Positions 1 to 12,094 are shown, counted from the stretch's first letter. The stretch: DNA of 64,000 nucleotides from Octopus sinensis (GCF_006345805.1 NC_042999.1:127162001-127226000); one strand, 5' to 3'. Notes: generated from the sequence alone by a model not told the origin. Numbers and translations are program-made.

Positions 1-1076
1 TGATGGAATGTTTCTGCACAGTAGAAGTGATGGGAAAATGTTCAATCTCTCGCGTCTGTGTGCCAAGACCAAAATCAGAAGCGTCCTGATCAAGGAGATG
101 CTATTTGCTGATGATGCCGCTCTGGTATCACACACAGAAGAAGCCCTACAAAGGCTCATCAACTGTTTTGAGCAAGCATGTGGCAACTTTGGCTTAGTTA
201 TCAGCCTCAAGAAGACCAACATCATGGGTCAGGCTACATCGACCATCCCAAACATACATATTGGAGACCACAGACTACAGGAGGTGGAGAAGTTTACCTA
301 TCTTTGCTCTACCGTCACCTACAACCTATCTCTTGATACTGAGCTCAATATATGCATTGGCAAGGCAGCTGCTGTGATGGCTCAACTCTCCAAACGGGCA
401 TGGGACAACAATAAGCTGACCAAGACCACAAAAATGAAGATTTACCAGGCATGTGTACTTAGCACTCTACTGTATGGAAGTGAGACTTGGACGCCATACA
501 CATGCCATACGACGCCATACGTCGCCTAAATATCTTTCACCTGCGCAGTCTCCGGAAAATCTTTCGCATCAAATGGCAGAATCATGTACCCAACAAGCAA
601 GCAGGAATACCAAGCATGTTTACACTCCTCACACAAAGACGTATGAGATGGCTTCGACATGTTATCCGTATGGAAGATGGCAGAATCCCCAAGGACATAC
701 TCAACGGAGAGCTTGCTAGGGGCACTAGGTCTGTGGGAAGACCGTTCTTACGATACAAGGATGTTTGCAAAAGAGACATGAATGCTTGCAACATTAATAT
801 TACCAACTGGTAAAAGAGGGAACATAAAGGAGTGAAATAGAGGGAGAGGAGAAATGGAAAGACAAGAAAAGACGTCAACAAGAAGGTATGACATTACAAC
901 CAGCCAGGCAAAGTCTTCGCTACATTTGCGGCACCTGCCAGAGGGAGTGTTTGTCCAGGATAGGACTACACAGCCACAGCAGGAGATGTATTAGGACATG
1001 AAATGTAAAAGTCCGACTAGATTATTTTATGTGCAACTCCATTGTCTCCCGAGACAAAAAGGATGCCAACAACAAT
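1..1076 (+). mobile_element. RTE-clade (BovB-like) LINE, 3' part, frameshifted
   Basis: ORF 8-529 has LFADDAAL, VEKFTYL and LLYGSETW motifs. ORF 487-813 has RRMRWLRHVIRMEDGRIPKDILNGEL. A C2H2-type CxxC..H..H peptide (YICGTCQRECLSRIGLHSHSRRC) is at 921-989. RTE-like 3' end CCATTGTCTCCCGAGACAAAAAGGATGCCAACAACAAT at 1039-1076. Confidence 0.92.
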
Positions 1077-1144
1077 ATATATGGATTTCGTAAACAGGAA
1101 CTGAAACAAATCAATCGTATATATATGTATATATGTAAGTGTAT

Positions 1145-1270
1145 GTGTGTGTGTCTTTGTGTCTGTGTTTCACCCTCATCACTGCTTCACAACTGCTGTT
1201 CATTTATTTACATCCGCAAAACTTACTGGTTTCACAAGAACAAACTAATAGAATAAGTACTAGGCTTATC
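1145..1270 (+). mobile_element. SINE group A, degenerate 3' part
   Basis: Contains ATAGAATAAGTACTAGGCTT, shared with the full copies at 20495, 36980 and 45038. Confidence 0.6.
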
Positions 1271-1385
1271 AACATAAAAAAGCACTAGGCTGTGTCTCAT
1301 ATTTTTGTTTGCCCACTCAGTTGTATCTATCAATTTATCTTTGTGTGTGTGTGTATCTATATCTTTATCTATCTATCTATCTATC

Positions 1386-1448
<63 letters not shown>

Positions 1449-2379
1449 ATATAACACCCTTATGGGAGCCTTAACTCCCAAATTTTAGTCATTTCTTTTA
1501 TGATCCAAAACTAGGTCAAAAGTACTGAATAGATCTTTATGAAATTTGGAAATTATATTCTAAGCATAAGGGCCATAACCCCCATGACAATTCATATATT
1601 TTTGCTGTTGATGAAATTTTAACCATAGATATTAGACACAAATGAGGTAATATTTATAAAATTTCATCTTCTTACAAAGTTAGAAAGACCCCTCCATGGG
1701 GACTTAACACCCACAATTTTGTCATTTTATCTAAGCAAAAACGAATACAGTTGTGCTCTTGGAAGCTGTAGGGTTACCCGAGCATAAAAGTTGGGCATTA
1801 TTTCTAATGGTACAACAGTGTAACAGCTTGCTTTGACATATACTTACATTGTGATTTCTGCAATGTGGTGCATAAATTGTTAAGCAAATGAGAGGCATCT
1901 TTGTCTCCACTGATTCAATTGCAAAGTGTTGAGTAAAGTTATTTGATTGCAGACCTCCTTTCAGTCTTTTTATTATCACTCGGTCACACATAGTCCCCAG
2001 ATGGTAACATTGATTACAAGGCCTTCCCAGATGAGTGACTGGTTATTCAAAGACATTTATAGATTTTAAATTCATTCGGTCCAGTTACGTATCAGTATAG
2101 TGGTCATTTGCAAACTCCAGAGGTGACACTTTAATTTCTCCTAAGCCCTCACGTCACACAGTTGTTAATGTTGATTTCAGTTGGGTCACGCCCATCCAAT
2201 TGCTATAGATTCGTAATGCATCTTATGGCTGTGCTTGTCACCTGGATGGTGAGGAATCCTACATTGGGAGTGGTAACGACTAGGGTAGGGTAACTGACTG
2301 CTTATTGTGATCATTCGTCTTTTGGTTTCCATGTGGCACGATTACAATTTTTTTAGGGTGTGTAAAGAGGGAAATAACC

Positions 2380-2498
2380 CTCATCTGCAATTTTGATGAA
2401 ATTCGAAACATAGATATTCTAGTTCATTCAGAAAATACAACAGAAAAGTCTAATTCTTCAATTGAATGTAACCGGGCAACGCCGGGTATCTCTGCTAG
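2380..2498 (+). mobile_element. Non-autonomous Helitron 3' end
   Basis: GC-rich subterminal hairpin ACCGGGCAACGCCGGGT followed by CTAG|T at 2495-2499. The same end occurs at 47153-47181. The 5' boundary is not resolved. Confidence 0.7.
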
Positions 2499-2534
2499 TA
2501 TATATATATATATATATGTATGTATATACAACAA

Positions 2535-2760
2535 TATGCATGCGGTCACATATGTGACTGCATACGTATCATTGGTGATTTTCTTTCTCCGTCTTCCCTT
2601 CCTTGGACTTTTCCTTTTTTCTATATTTCTGATGAAGAGCTCCACTCGAAATGTTAAATCCTCCTTCTTTTTTTCCTTTCCTGAGTGTCCAATGACACTG
2701 TACTTGTTCCACGTCCTTGCGTTGTTGTGTTTTCTCTTTGTTCATGTTTAGATTAACTAT
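2535..2760 (+). mobile_element. Penelope-like pseudo-LTR fragment
   Basis: Pyrimidine-rich segment between (TA)n tracts that carries a CTGATGA-A-stem-GAAA hammerhead layout typical of PLE pLTRs. Confidence 0.6.
2625..2659 (+). ncRNA. Minimal type I hammerhead ribozyme-like motif (PLE type)
   Basis: ATTT-CTGATGA-A-GAG(CTCCA)CTC-GAAA-T-GTT-AAAT. Helix I is ATTT/AAAT and helix II is GAG/CTC. Helix III is ATGT, one CpG transition from the palindrome ACGT. Confidence 0.6.
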
Positions 2761-3280
2761 ACATGTATATATATATATATCTACATATGCCATACACCAA
2801 GTTCTAGAGGCTTCAGAGTAATAGGCTGTTCTTTCTCTAGTCTGACAAAAAAAATCATTAAAAGAATAACATCCCTTCAAAATATGACTGGCATCCTTCC
2901 AACATCCTGTCCACAACACACACAAAAAAATAAAAAAAGAAATAAGAAAACTAATGTCACTTTGATAGCATTACTACCACATGACAGTAACTGACCAACA
3001 AGTACCTAAATACATATTTTGATTTTCTTTCCAACTCTCAGCTCTGTCTATACACATCTGCTTAGGTCCAATGCTCCCACAGGCGAGCCATCTATGAAGG
3101 CAGCAATACAGAATAAAAACTGATACAAAGTAGAGGGAACATCTTTAGTCCAGTCAGAGACAACTAACCTCTCTAGTGATGGTGCTATGATAAAATGTGC
3201 TGTATTCTTGTAGTAAGACATGCACAACAACAGAAATAGCTGGATTTTATTTTGTTGTTGTGTGTAAGGTAATGAATGAA

Positions 3281-3313
<33 letters not shown>

Positions 3314-3662
3314 TTAGCGTCCGCTTTCCAACCTAGGGACTGACTTGGGTTGGACAGTTCAACTGGGGTCTGTGAAGCCAGAAGGCTGCACCAGGCTTCA
3401 GTCTGATCTGGCAGTGTTTCTATGGCTGGATGCCCTTCCTAACGCCAACCACTCCATGAGTGTAGTGGGTGCTTTTTACGTGCCACCCGCACAGGTGTCA
3501 GACGGAGCTGGCAAATGGCCACGGATGGATGGTGCTTTTTACATGCCACCAGCACAGGGGCCAGGTGAGGCTGGCAACGGCCACGATTGGATGGTGATTT
3601 TTACATGCCACCGGCACGGGGGCCAGGCGAGGCTGGCAACGGCCAAAATGGATGGTGCTACG
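3281..3662 (-). mobile_element. RTE LINE 3'UTR fragment with (GAT)n tail and ~60-bp internal subrepeats
   Basis: Matches 5524-5900, the 3'UTR of the RT-coding copy (CTGGATGCCCTTCCTAACGCCAACCACTC). Confidence 0.85.
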
Positions 3663-4282
3663 TGAATGATAATAAAGCAAAGGACTGTGATGAGTGTCAA
3701 GACACCCTGTGAAACATAGACTTGCAGTGCATAACGAGACAAACAATTGAGGCAGGAGGCAAAATTAAGTGAGCGGAAACTTGCTATTGAGTGAGTGGAC
3801 TGCAGTCCGTGGAGAAATCTGTAGAGGAAGAACTCCACTCAAACAAGTGTTTTGGTCCATTAGTTCCTGACACTCTCTAAGGGAGATGGGCCAACCTAGG
3901 GACTGACTCCTAGGTGTCTTCCTGCTGTTATTTGAATGCCACCCATAATGGTTGGTGAGATGAGGGACTTGGTCTTCTACTCTTGGAGAGTATCCGTAAT
4001 CTATAATGACTAAAAACTAGGTATGGCATCAGAAAATAAACAAAAAAAGAGGAGCAAGATGAAAAAAATAACATATTTTAGGTTTACTTTTTCCACTTTT
4101 ATAAGAACTCAAATAAAAAGTGATTTTCTTTCTGAATACTTTAAACATATTTTTGTTCATGTGAATGATGTAATGTATTTCTTCATCAGCTCTATTACTT
4201 TATAATCAAACTGATTATCTTTCTCTAAACCTTAGTATTTTCATCAGCAAGCAAAAGCATGTAGAAAGGATTAATCAACATT

Positions 4283-4322
<40 letters not shown>

Positions 4323-4400
4323 ACATCATCAGTCTGATTATGAACAGGATCATGATTAGGATCATCACCATCATCATAGTTGCCACCATCACCATCATCA
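4283..4400. repeat. (CAT)n microsatellite
   Basis: Direct reading of the sequence. Confidence 0.95.
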
Positions 4401-4649
4401 TCATACTACCATTAACTACCTCCATCACATTCACTATCTCCTTCACTTCTATTTACCCCTACCCACACATGCAACATCATCTGTATATTCTGAGGTCAGT
4501 TGTACTTCTAATACAAGCTTTACGCATAAATAATTTCTAAATGAATAACTATTCCGAAATCAACAACCTGATTTTTCATTACTGCTGATTCATGTTAAGC
4601 TATATATATGGAAATTAGCTTAATTACTTATATAGATTATATAGGGTGG

Positions 4650-4830
4650 TGGACTGGCAGAGCCATTAGAGCATCAGATGAAGAAATGCCTTTTTGCATA
4701 TGTTCTAGCTCTTCACGATTTGAGTTCAAATTCTGCCAAGGTATTGACTTTCATTCCTCTAACATTGATGAAATAAACAATTGGTTGCAGGCCAGGTTTG
4801 ATAAATTACTGTATTTACCAGAATACAAGT
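4650..4830 (+). mobile_element. SINE group B, degenerate
   Basis: CTGGCAGAG..GAGTTCAAATTCTGCCAAGGT..GACTTTCATTCC layout, as in other group B copies. Confidence 0.65.
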
Positions 4831-4969
4831 CATTGTAGTATATAGTGTAAACATTCAAAGATCATCTCTATCTCTCCAAATCCTGTCATATTTCACATGT
4901 AATTTTTGGTCTACCAAAGTTGTTTTGGTGTTGAAGTCGACCTACCTTTTTGGATGTAAATTTCGGTCT

Positions 4970-5050
4970 AAAAAAATTCAATGGCGGTGCCCCAGCATGG
5001 CCACAGCTCATAAGCTGAAACTGGAAAAATCAAAATCAAAAAATCAAAAC
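4970..5050 (+). mobile_element. CR1/L2-type LINE 3' tail
   Basis: GGCGGTGCCCCAGCATGGCCACAGCTC..AGCTGAAACT plus an A-rich tail. The same tail follows LINE-like coding sequence at 27630-27685. Confidence 0.6.
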
Positions 5051-5080
5051 TGATATGTTGAGAAAATTTTGTTTAAAACT

Positions 5081-5352
5081 GGCACTCCATTAGTTATGAT
5101 GACAAGGGTTTCAGTTGGTTCAGTGAATGGAACAAACTGCTTGTGAAATTAATGTACAAGTGGCTGAGTACTCCACAGACACGTGTTCTCTTAATGTAGT
5201 TCTCGGGGAGATTCAGTGTGACACAGAATGTGACAAGGCTGGCCCTTTCAAATACAGGTACTACACATTTTTGCCTGCTGAGTGAAAGGGAGCAACATGA
5301 ATGGCTTTATGATTGTGAAGCAAACACACCTGACCACCAAGCCATGTGCTTT
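5081..5352 (-). mobile_element. SINE group C
   Basis: Reverse complement of the 33015-33342 copy. Confidence 0.8.
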
Positions 5353-5523
5353 TGCTCCCAGAAAATATGGTAGCATCAATTTGTACCAACATACAATGGG
5401 CTAGGATGATACTGTAGAGTTTATATCCTCACCAAACTAAGAGATCTGATGAGAGATTACATTGCTGTTACACAGGGCTGTCTTGGAAGATGATGATGAT
5501 AATGATAATAGATGTGTGTGTAT

Positions 5524-7460
5524 ATCATCATCATCATCATTTAACGTCCGCTTTCCATGCTAGCATGGATTGGACGATTTGACTGAGGTCTGGCGAACCA
5601 GACTCCAATCTGATCTGGCAGAGTTTTTACAACTGGATGCCCTTCCTAATGCCAACCACTCCGAGAGTGTAGTGGGTGGTTTTACATGCCACTGGCACAA
5701 GGGCCAGTTTGGTGGTGCTGGCAACGGCCACACCCAAATGGTGCTTTTTATGTACGACCTGCACAGGAGCCAGTCCAGCGGCACTGGCGACGACCTCGCT
5801 CGAATGTTTCCCATGCCACCAGCACAAGGTGCTAGTAAGGCGACGCAGTAACGATCACGCTTGAATGGTGTGCTTAATGTGCCATCGGCACGAAGGCCAG
5901 CTTGTTGCTCTGGCAACAATCTCTCTTGTACGGTACTCTTAGTGCTCCACTAGCAATGGATGCCAGTCACTGAGTTTGATTTCGACTTTGATTTCGATTT
6001 CACTTGCCTCAACTGGTCTTCGCAAGCAGAGTTTAGCGTCCAATGAAGAAAAGGCATGCATAAGTGGACTGGTTACATCCCTAGCATAGGCCACAAGGTT
6101 ATGGTCACACTTGCGCTTGCCGAGTCTTCTGCAGCACAGCATATTTCCAGAGGTCCCGGTCACTAGTCATTGCCTCAGTGAGCCCCAATGTTTGAAGGTC
6201 ATGCTTCACCACCTCATCCCAGGTCTTCCTGGGTCTACCTCTTCCACAGGTTCCCTCAACCGCTAGGGTGTGGCACTTTTTCACACAACTATCTTCATCC
6301 ATTCTCACCACATGTCCATACCAGCGCAGTCGTCTCTCTTGCACAGCACATCTGATGCCTCTTAGGTTCAACCTTTCTCTCAGGGCACTAACACTCTGTC
6401 GAGTATGCACACTGACATTACACATCCATCGGTGCATGCTGGCTTCATTCCTTGTGAGCTTACGCATATCCTCAGCAGTCACAGCCCATTTTTCACTGCC
6501 ATGTAGTATGGCTGTTCATACACATGCGTCGTACAGTCTACCTTTTACTCTGAGTGAGAGGCCCTTTGTCACCAGCAGAGGTAAGAGCTCTCTGAACTTA
6601 GCCCAGGCTATTCTTATTCTAGCAGCTACACTTTCAGTGCACCCTCCCCAGCTACTGACTTGGTCACCTAGGTAACGGAAGCTATCAACTACTTCTAGTT
6701 TTTCTCCCTGGACTGTGGTGGAAGTTGTTCTCTGCACATTTTCAGTGTTATTTATAGCTCCTGAACGTCTGCCACATACGAAAACTATCCTCCCAGTTAG
6801 CCTTCCTCTGATATTGCTGCACCTCTTATGTGTCCATAGCTTACACTGGGTACATCTTATAGAGTTTCTACCTATGCCTTTTCTACAGATTGAACAGGGC
6901 CATCTACCTGAAGGGATTTGTGGTTTGCCTGCTTTCCTACTTATTAGGACTTTGGTTTTAGCTAGGTTGACTCTAAGGCCCTTTGATTCTAATCCTTGTT
7001 TCCACACTTGAAACTTCTCCTCTAGTTCTGTTAGTGACTCAGCAATTAGAGCAAGGTCATCAGCATAGAGGAGCTCCCAGGTGCATCCTGTCTTGAATTC
7101 CTCTGTTATTGCCTGGAGGACTATGATAAATAGGAGGGGGATGAGGACTGAACATTGGTGGACCCCTACCACTACCCTGAATTCTTCAGTGTACTCGTTG
7201 TCAACCCTCTCCTTGCTTACAGCGTCCTTGTACATGGCTTGCACAGCTCTCACTAACCATTCATCTATCCCTAGTTTCCTCATTGACCACCAGATAAGGG
7301 ATCGGGGGACCCTGTCAAAGGCTTTCTCCATGTCAACAAAAGCCAGGTACAGGGGCTTATCTTTGGCTAGGTATTTCTCCTGCAGCTGTCTAACCAGAAA
7401 TATAGCATCAGTGGTGCTTTTCCTTGGCACGAAACCAAACTGCATCTCATCCAAACTGAC
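5524..7460 (-). mobile_element. 5'-truncated young RTE-clade LINE
   Basis: RT-coding region followed by a 3'UTR and a (GAT)n tail at 5524-5540. Confidence 0.95.
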
Positions 7461-7490
7461 TTGCAATTTGGTTTCATATATCATCATCAT
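6105..7490 (-). pseudogene. RTE LINE reverse transcriptase, interrupted by one in-frame stop
   Basis: Motifs QFGFVPRKSTTDAIF, AFVDMEKAFDRVP, VHQCSVLIPLLF, LLYADDL, FRYLGD and RRLRWYGHVVRM. ORFs 6516-7490 and 6105-6482 are in the same frame, separated by a TGA at 6516-6518 (probable CGA>TGA). Confidence 0.93.
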
Positions 7491-7600
7491 TGTTTAACGT
7501 CCGCTTTCCATGCTAGCATGGGTTGGACGGTTCAACTGGGGTCTGGGAAGCCAGAAAGCTGCACCAGGCCCAGTTTGATCTGGCAGTGTTTCTACAGTGT
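7478..7600 (-). mobile_element. RTE LINE 3' end fragment
   Basis: (CAT)n-TTTAACGTCCGCTTTCCATGCTAGCATGGGTTGGACGG. Confidence 0.85.
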
Positions 7601-7638
7601 TTATATATATATATATAATATATATATATATTATATAT

Positions 7639-7675
<37 letters not shown>

Positions 7676-7679
7676 GCAT

Positions 7680-7895
7680 ATGTTTGTGTGTCTATGTTTG
7701 TTGTTCCCCCGCTATTGCCTGACAACCAATGTTGGTGTGTTTATGTCCCTGTAACTTAGCTGTTCGGCAAAAGAGACCAATAAAATAAGTACTAGGCTTA
7801 CAAAGAATAGATCCTGGGATCGATTTGTTTGACTAAAGGCAGTGTTCCAGCATGACCACAGTCAAATGCCTGAAACAAATAAAAGAATAAAAGAA
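7680..7895 (+). mobile_element. SINE group A, 3' half
   Basis: AATAAGTACTAGGCTTACAAAG..CCAGCATGACCACAGTCAAATG..GAAACAAATAAAAGAATAAAAG. Confidence 0.85.
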
Positions 7896-7924
7896 TATAT
7901 ATATATTATTTATTCTGCTGAAGA

Positions 7925-8175
7925 GGATTGGCCTGCAAGAACCCCATGCCAGTACCACATAAAATGCACCCATGCTAGTGCCATGTATAGATCATCTAGC
8001 ACACTCTGTAAGGTGGTTGGCATCAGGAATGGCATCGAGCCTTAGAAACCAAAGACTAGAGCCCAGTGCAGGTCTACTGCTTGCCAGCTCTGGTCAAACC
8101 GTCCAACTCATGCCCGCATGGAAAATGGAAAAAAGACGATAATGATTATGATGATGATGATGATAATGATGATGA
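7925..8175 (+). mobile_element. RTE LINE 3'UTR fragment
   Basis: GGTGGTTGGCATCAGGAATGGCATC..CCAACTCATGCCCGCATGGAAAATGG followed by (GAT)n. Confidence 0.7.
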
Positions 8176-8380
8176 ATATATATATATATATATACATATA
8201 TAATTAATAATTTTGAAAATGGAGAGATTGATGTTTTATCAAACTTAATAATATATAAACTTATAATATATTTATTGAAAAAACATCTCTTCAAAATATA
8301 ATATATTAAACCAGAGTATCTTGGATAAAACTATCCCTGTAAAAAGTTTAAGTATCTTCGTAGTACACACACACACGCAT

Positions 8381-8455
<75 letters not shown>

Positions 8456-9782
8456 AACACGCACACACCAACAGACTTCCACACAGTTTCTGTCAACGAA
8501 ATTAATTCACAAGGCCTTGATGGATTTGGAATTGTAGTAGAATGTACTTGCCCAAGGTACCAAACAGTGTAAATATAATGGAAATGATATTGATGCATTG
8601 TGATTATTGAGCTGAAGATCTTAGCTGATTGGGTGACATGTGCAAGCAAGGCACACCATTATATCAAACAGCAAGAATGAAGGAGAGGAGTGAAGATGAA
8701 GATATGTTCTTTTCTTACTCTATGTTATTTTGCTTTGCTTTCTTCTTTTATAGGTAAATCAGAGGTGAAAGAGAGTAAACAAGCATCATGCATTGCATTC
8801 TAAAGGCCTCAGTGACTGGTGGAATCCAAGATCAATATGAAGTTGATGCTTAACCTCCTCTAACACACTACTCTGAGTGACATCATCAAAGTGGCCTGTA
8901 CACCGCCAAGTTCCCATCACAACTGGAGGCTGTAGGTTTTGATTGTGCAGATGGTAAGTATCCTGACAAAATAACCCACTTTCCATACGATGGAGGTAAA
9001 TCTGTATTTTTTCTTTGTTGAATGAATTTTGAGGTTGCTGTTTTGGTTGTTGATTTCTAATTTTACTAATGTGTCCATACATTTTTTGTTCCAGGATTAT
9101 GGGGCAAAGAAATACAAGAGTGAACATAAGAGATAATGGGAAATGATGTAGATTTGTGGTTAGTTATCACTTCCATATCCCAATAAGTGCTAATGAAAGT
9201 GACATGTGATCAAGGGACACCAAAACGGATTACCAAGTCCGAATGGCACCAACCACACTGACTGAAAGCCACAAAGCCATACTTGAACTGTGTCCAAACT
9301 GAAGGTGCTGAGATATAGGGCCTAAGATTGATGCTACAGGTCAAAGTGTCTTGTGTCATTTGCTGTGTTAAGAATCACCTCAGAGATGATTATCCAGGAA
9401 AAACTGGGAAAACTAAGCAAAGATAAGAAAAATGAAAATAATGAAGATCAACTGAAACAATAAAAAGAACAACAAGCCCCAGTTTCCAGGGTGCCATCGG
9501 CCAAAATTCTGGGAATTATGTCCACAATTAGAAATGGATGAACAAATATTTTATCCCATTATAAAGATAAACAATGGTATTACTTCATTATCATAGAATG
9601 AAGAAGAAACATTAGTTACGGTTGGAGGAAATACAAAAGGCAAAAGAAGAAAATCTCTAAAAAAAATAAAAGGTAAAAAAAGAAAACTTAACATAAAATT
9701 ACAAAAATGGGTGAGGTGGAACAATTTCTTCAAAACAGCAATGATATCACTCTTCAGAAAAATAATGAAGAAAATGAAGAAC

Positions 9783-10005
9783 AGGCACAGGAGTGGCTGG
9801 GTGGTAAATAGCTTGCTTACCAACCACATGGTTCCGGATTCAGTCCCACTGCGTGGCACCTTGGGTAAGTGTCTTCTTCTATAGCTTCGGGCCGACCAAA
9901 GCCTTGTGAAAGGATTTGGTAGACAGAAACTGAAAGAAGCCCGTCGTATATATGTATATATATATATATATGTGTGTGTGTAGGTGTTTGTGTGTCTGTG
10001 TTTGT
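9783..10005 (+). mobile_element. SINE group A, 5' half
   Basis: tRNA-like head CAGGAGTGGCTGGGTGG (A box) and GGATTCAGTCCC (B box). Confidence 0.88.
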
Positions 10006-10009
10006 CTGT

Positions 10010-10010
10010 C

Positions 10011-10041
<31 letters not shown>

Positions 10042-10083
10042 CATCATCATCATCATTATTATTATTATTGTTATTATTATTAC

Positions 10084-10149
<66 letters not shown>

Positions 10150-10160
10150 CATTATTATTA
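10010..10160. repeat. (TTA)n/(TCA)n microsatellite
   Basis: Direct reading of the sequence. Confidence 0.95.
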
Positions 10161-10162
10161 TT

Positions 10163-10372
10163 TGGGTGGTGAGATAGCAGAACCATTAGCATGCTGGACA
10201 AAATGCTCAGCACTACCTCATCCATCTTCATGTTCTGAGTTCAAATTTTGCTGAGGCTGACTTTGCCTTTCATCCTTTTGAAGTCAATAAAATAAGTATG
10301 AGTTGAGCACTGCAGTTGGTGTGAATGACTTTCTCCCACCCTTGAAATTACTGGCCTTATGCCAAAACTTGA
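10163..10372 (+). mobile_element. SINE group B
   Basis: GAGTTCAAATTTTGCTGAGGCTGACTTTGCCTTTCATCCTTTTGAAGTCAATAAAATAAGTA..GGCCTTATGCCAAAACTTGAAACC. Confidence 0.82.
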
Positions 10373-11416
10373 AACCATCATCATCATCATCATCATCATT
10401 GTTATTATCCTCATTGTCATTGTCATCGTCATCATCATAATCATCATAATCATTAACATCTTCATTCATCATTATCATCGTTGTTGTTGTCGTCGTCGTT
10501 GTCGTTGTTGTTGTTGTCATCATTGTTGTTGTCGTTGTCGTTACAATCATCATCGTCATCGTCATCATCATCAACATCATCATCATCATCACCTTCATAT
10601 TAGAGTTTGTCAGAAGGGGAGGATCCATGCCAATGATCTTTGCAGGCCTTCTAATGCCAGTTAGGATGTTGTGTCAATGCCCATCCTGAACATCTCCAGG
10701 TCAATGTCCGCAACAAAAATATGGAAATCTGATCAGAATGGTTGCAACCGAATGAACTTTGCAAAAAGAACCCAAGGATTAAGTGACAGTATTAAAATGA
10801 GAAGTGTGTTAAGCCTACCACATAATATGTGTTTTTAATCAAACTACTCATGGTTATATGTATTTTTGCGCATAAAGGATTTTCAGCTAGATCAAATTCC
10901 AATATCAAAAGTCTCTAATTACTTAAACAAATATATGAAATAAAGCTTACAATGTTTATTCAACAGACATAATTTAAAACTTGTACATACAATGTTCAAA
11001 AGTTTCACCTAATTTTGTACCAAATTTAAATTTTGTTGTTGTTATATTTGCATTTAAGTAGTAATGTTTCTAATATAGGCATGAAAAATGAGAAGTTGCG
11101 ATTTTTGTGTGGTTTCCAGAGGTTTTGATAATGTAAGTGAAATAGCAGATTTACTCAGCACTAGCTGCCAAACTGCTGCACATCTCACTTTGCATGCATG
11201 CAAATATAGACAGGCGAAAACATGCTCACATATATGCACACATGCTAACATACACACTAGCTCTCTCTTTCCACCCCTCTCTCTCTCTCTCTCACTGTTA
11301 CTAAACACTGATAGTACTCCTAAGTTTGATCAAAATAATAGTGAATTCTAAATTCAAGCTCTTTTCTCCTTGAGAGAAAGAATTTATAATAAATCAACTT
11401 GATACCATTATATTGT

Positions 11417-11745
11417 GAAGGTGCATGGCTCAATGGTTAGAGCAACGAGCTCTCAATCATGAGGTTATGAGTTTGATTCCTGGACCAGGTTGTGTGTTGT
11501 GCTCTTGAGTAAGTCACTTTATTTTCATGTTGCTCCAGTTCACTCATCTGTAGAAATGAGTTGTAACATCATTGGTGCCAAACTGTATTGGCCTTTGCCT
11601 TCCCTTGGATAACATCAGTAGTATGGAGAGAGAAGGCTGGTATGCAAGGTGACTGCTGGTCTCCCATAAACAACCACGCCTGGACTTGTGCCTCAGAGGG
11701 TAACTTTCTAGGTGTAATCCCATGGTCATTCATGACCTAAGAAGA
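11417..11745 (+). mobile_element. SINE group C (tail variant 2)
   Basis: TGGCTCAATGG A box and GAGTTTGATTCC B box. Homologous to 36158-36455. Confidence 0.82.
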
Positions 11746-11883
11746 TTTTTACCCTTAACCCTTTTACTATTACATTACCAGCACTATATTCTATTGATCT
11801 TATAAGTGCTGAAACACTAATGTGTTCCCAACAGGGCTTCAACAAAGGCATATGAAGCTCAGAATTACATTATAACAAAACTT

Positions 11884-12094
11884 TTAACCCTTTAGCATTG
11901 AAACCGACCATATCTAGCCAAAATATTCTACTTGCTTTATGTTCAAATTGGCCAGATTTGGCCTCTCCTACCTACCCTAGAATATCATTTTGAACATAGA
12001 CAATCACATCATCAAAATCCCAAGGTTACAAGATAATGCAGGAAGGATAAATTCAAAACAATGTGAATAAATTACCTGAATGCTAAAGGGTTAA
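11884..12094. mobile_element. piggyBac-type MITE
   Basis: TTAA at both ends, with a perfect 12-bp TIR CCCTTTAGCATT/AATGCTAAAGGG. Confidence 0.85.

Noticed and set aside
9551-10664. Long ORFs (up to 226 aa) rich in N, I, Y, L, M or T
   Set aside because: They are translations of trinucleotide microsatellites and SINE sequence.
11070-11190. HTH-like peptide NVSEIADLLSTSCQT
   Set aside because: It may be a Tc1-type relic, but no TIRs or further motifs were found, so it is too weak to call.
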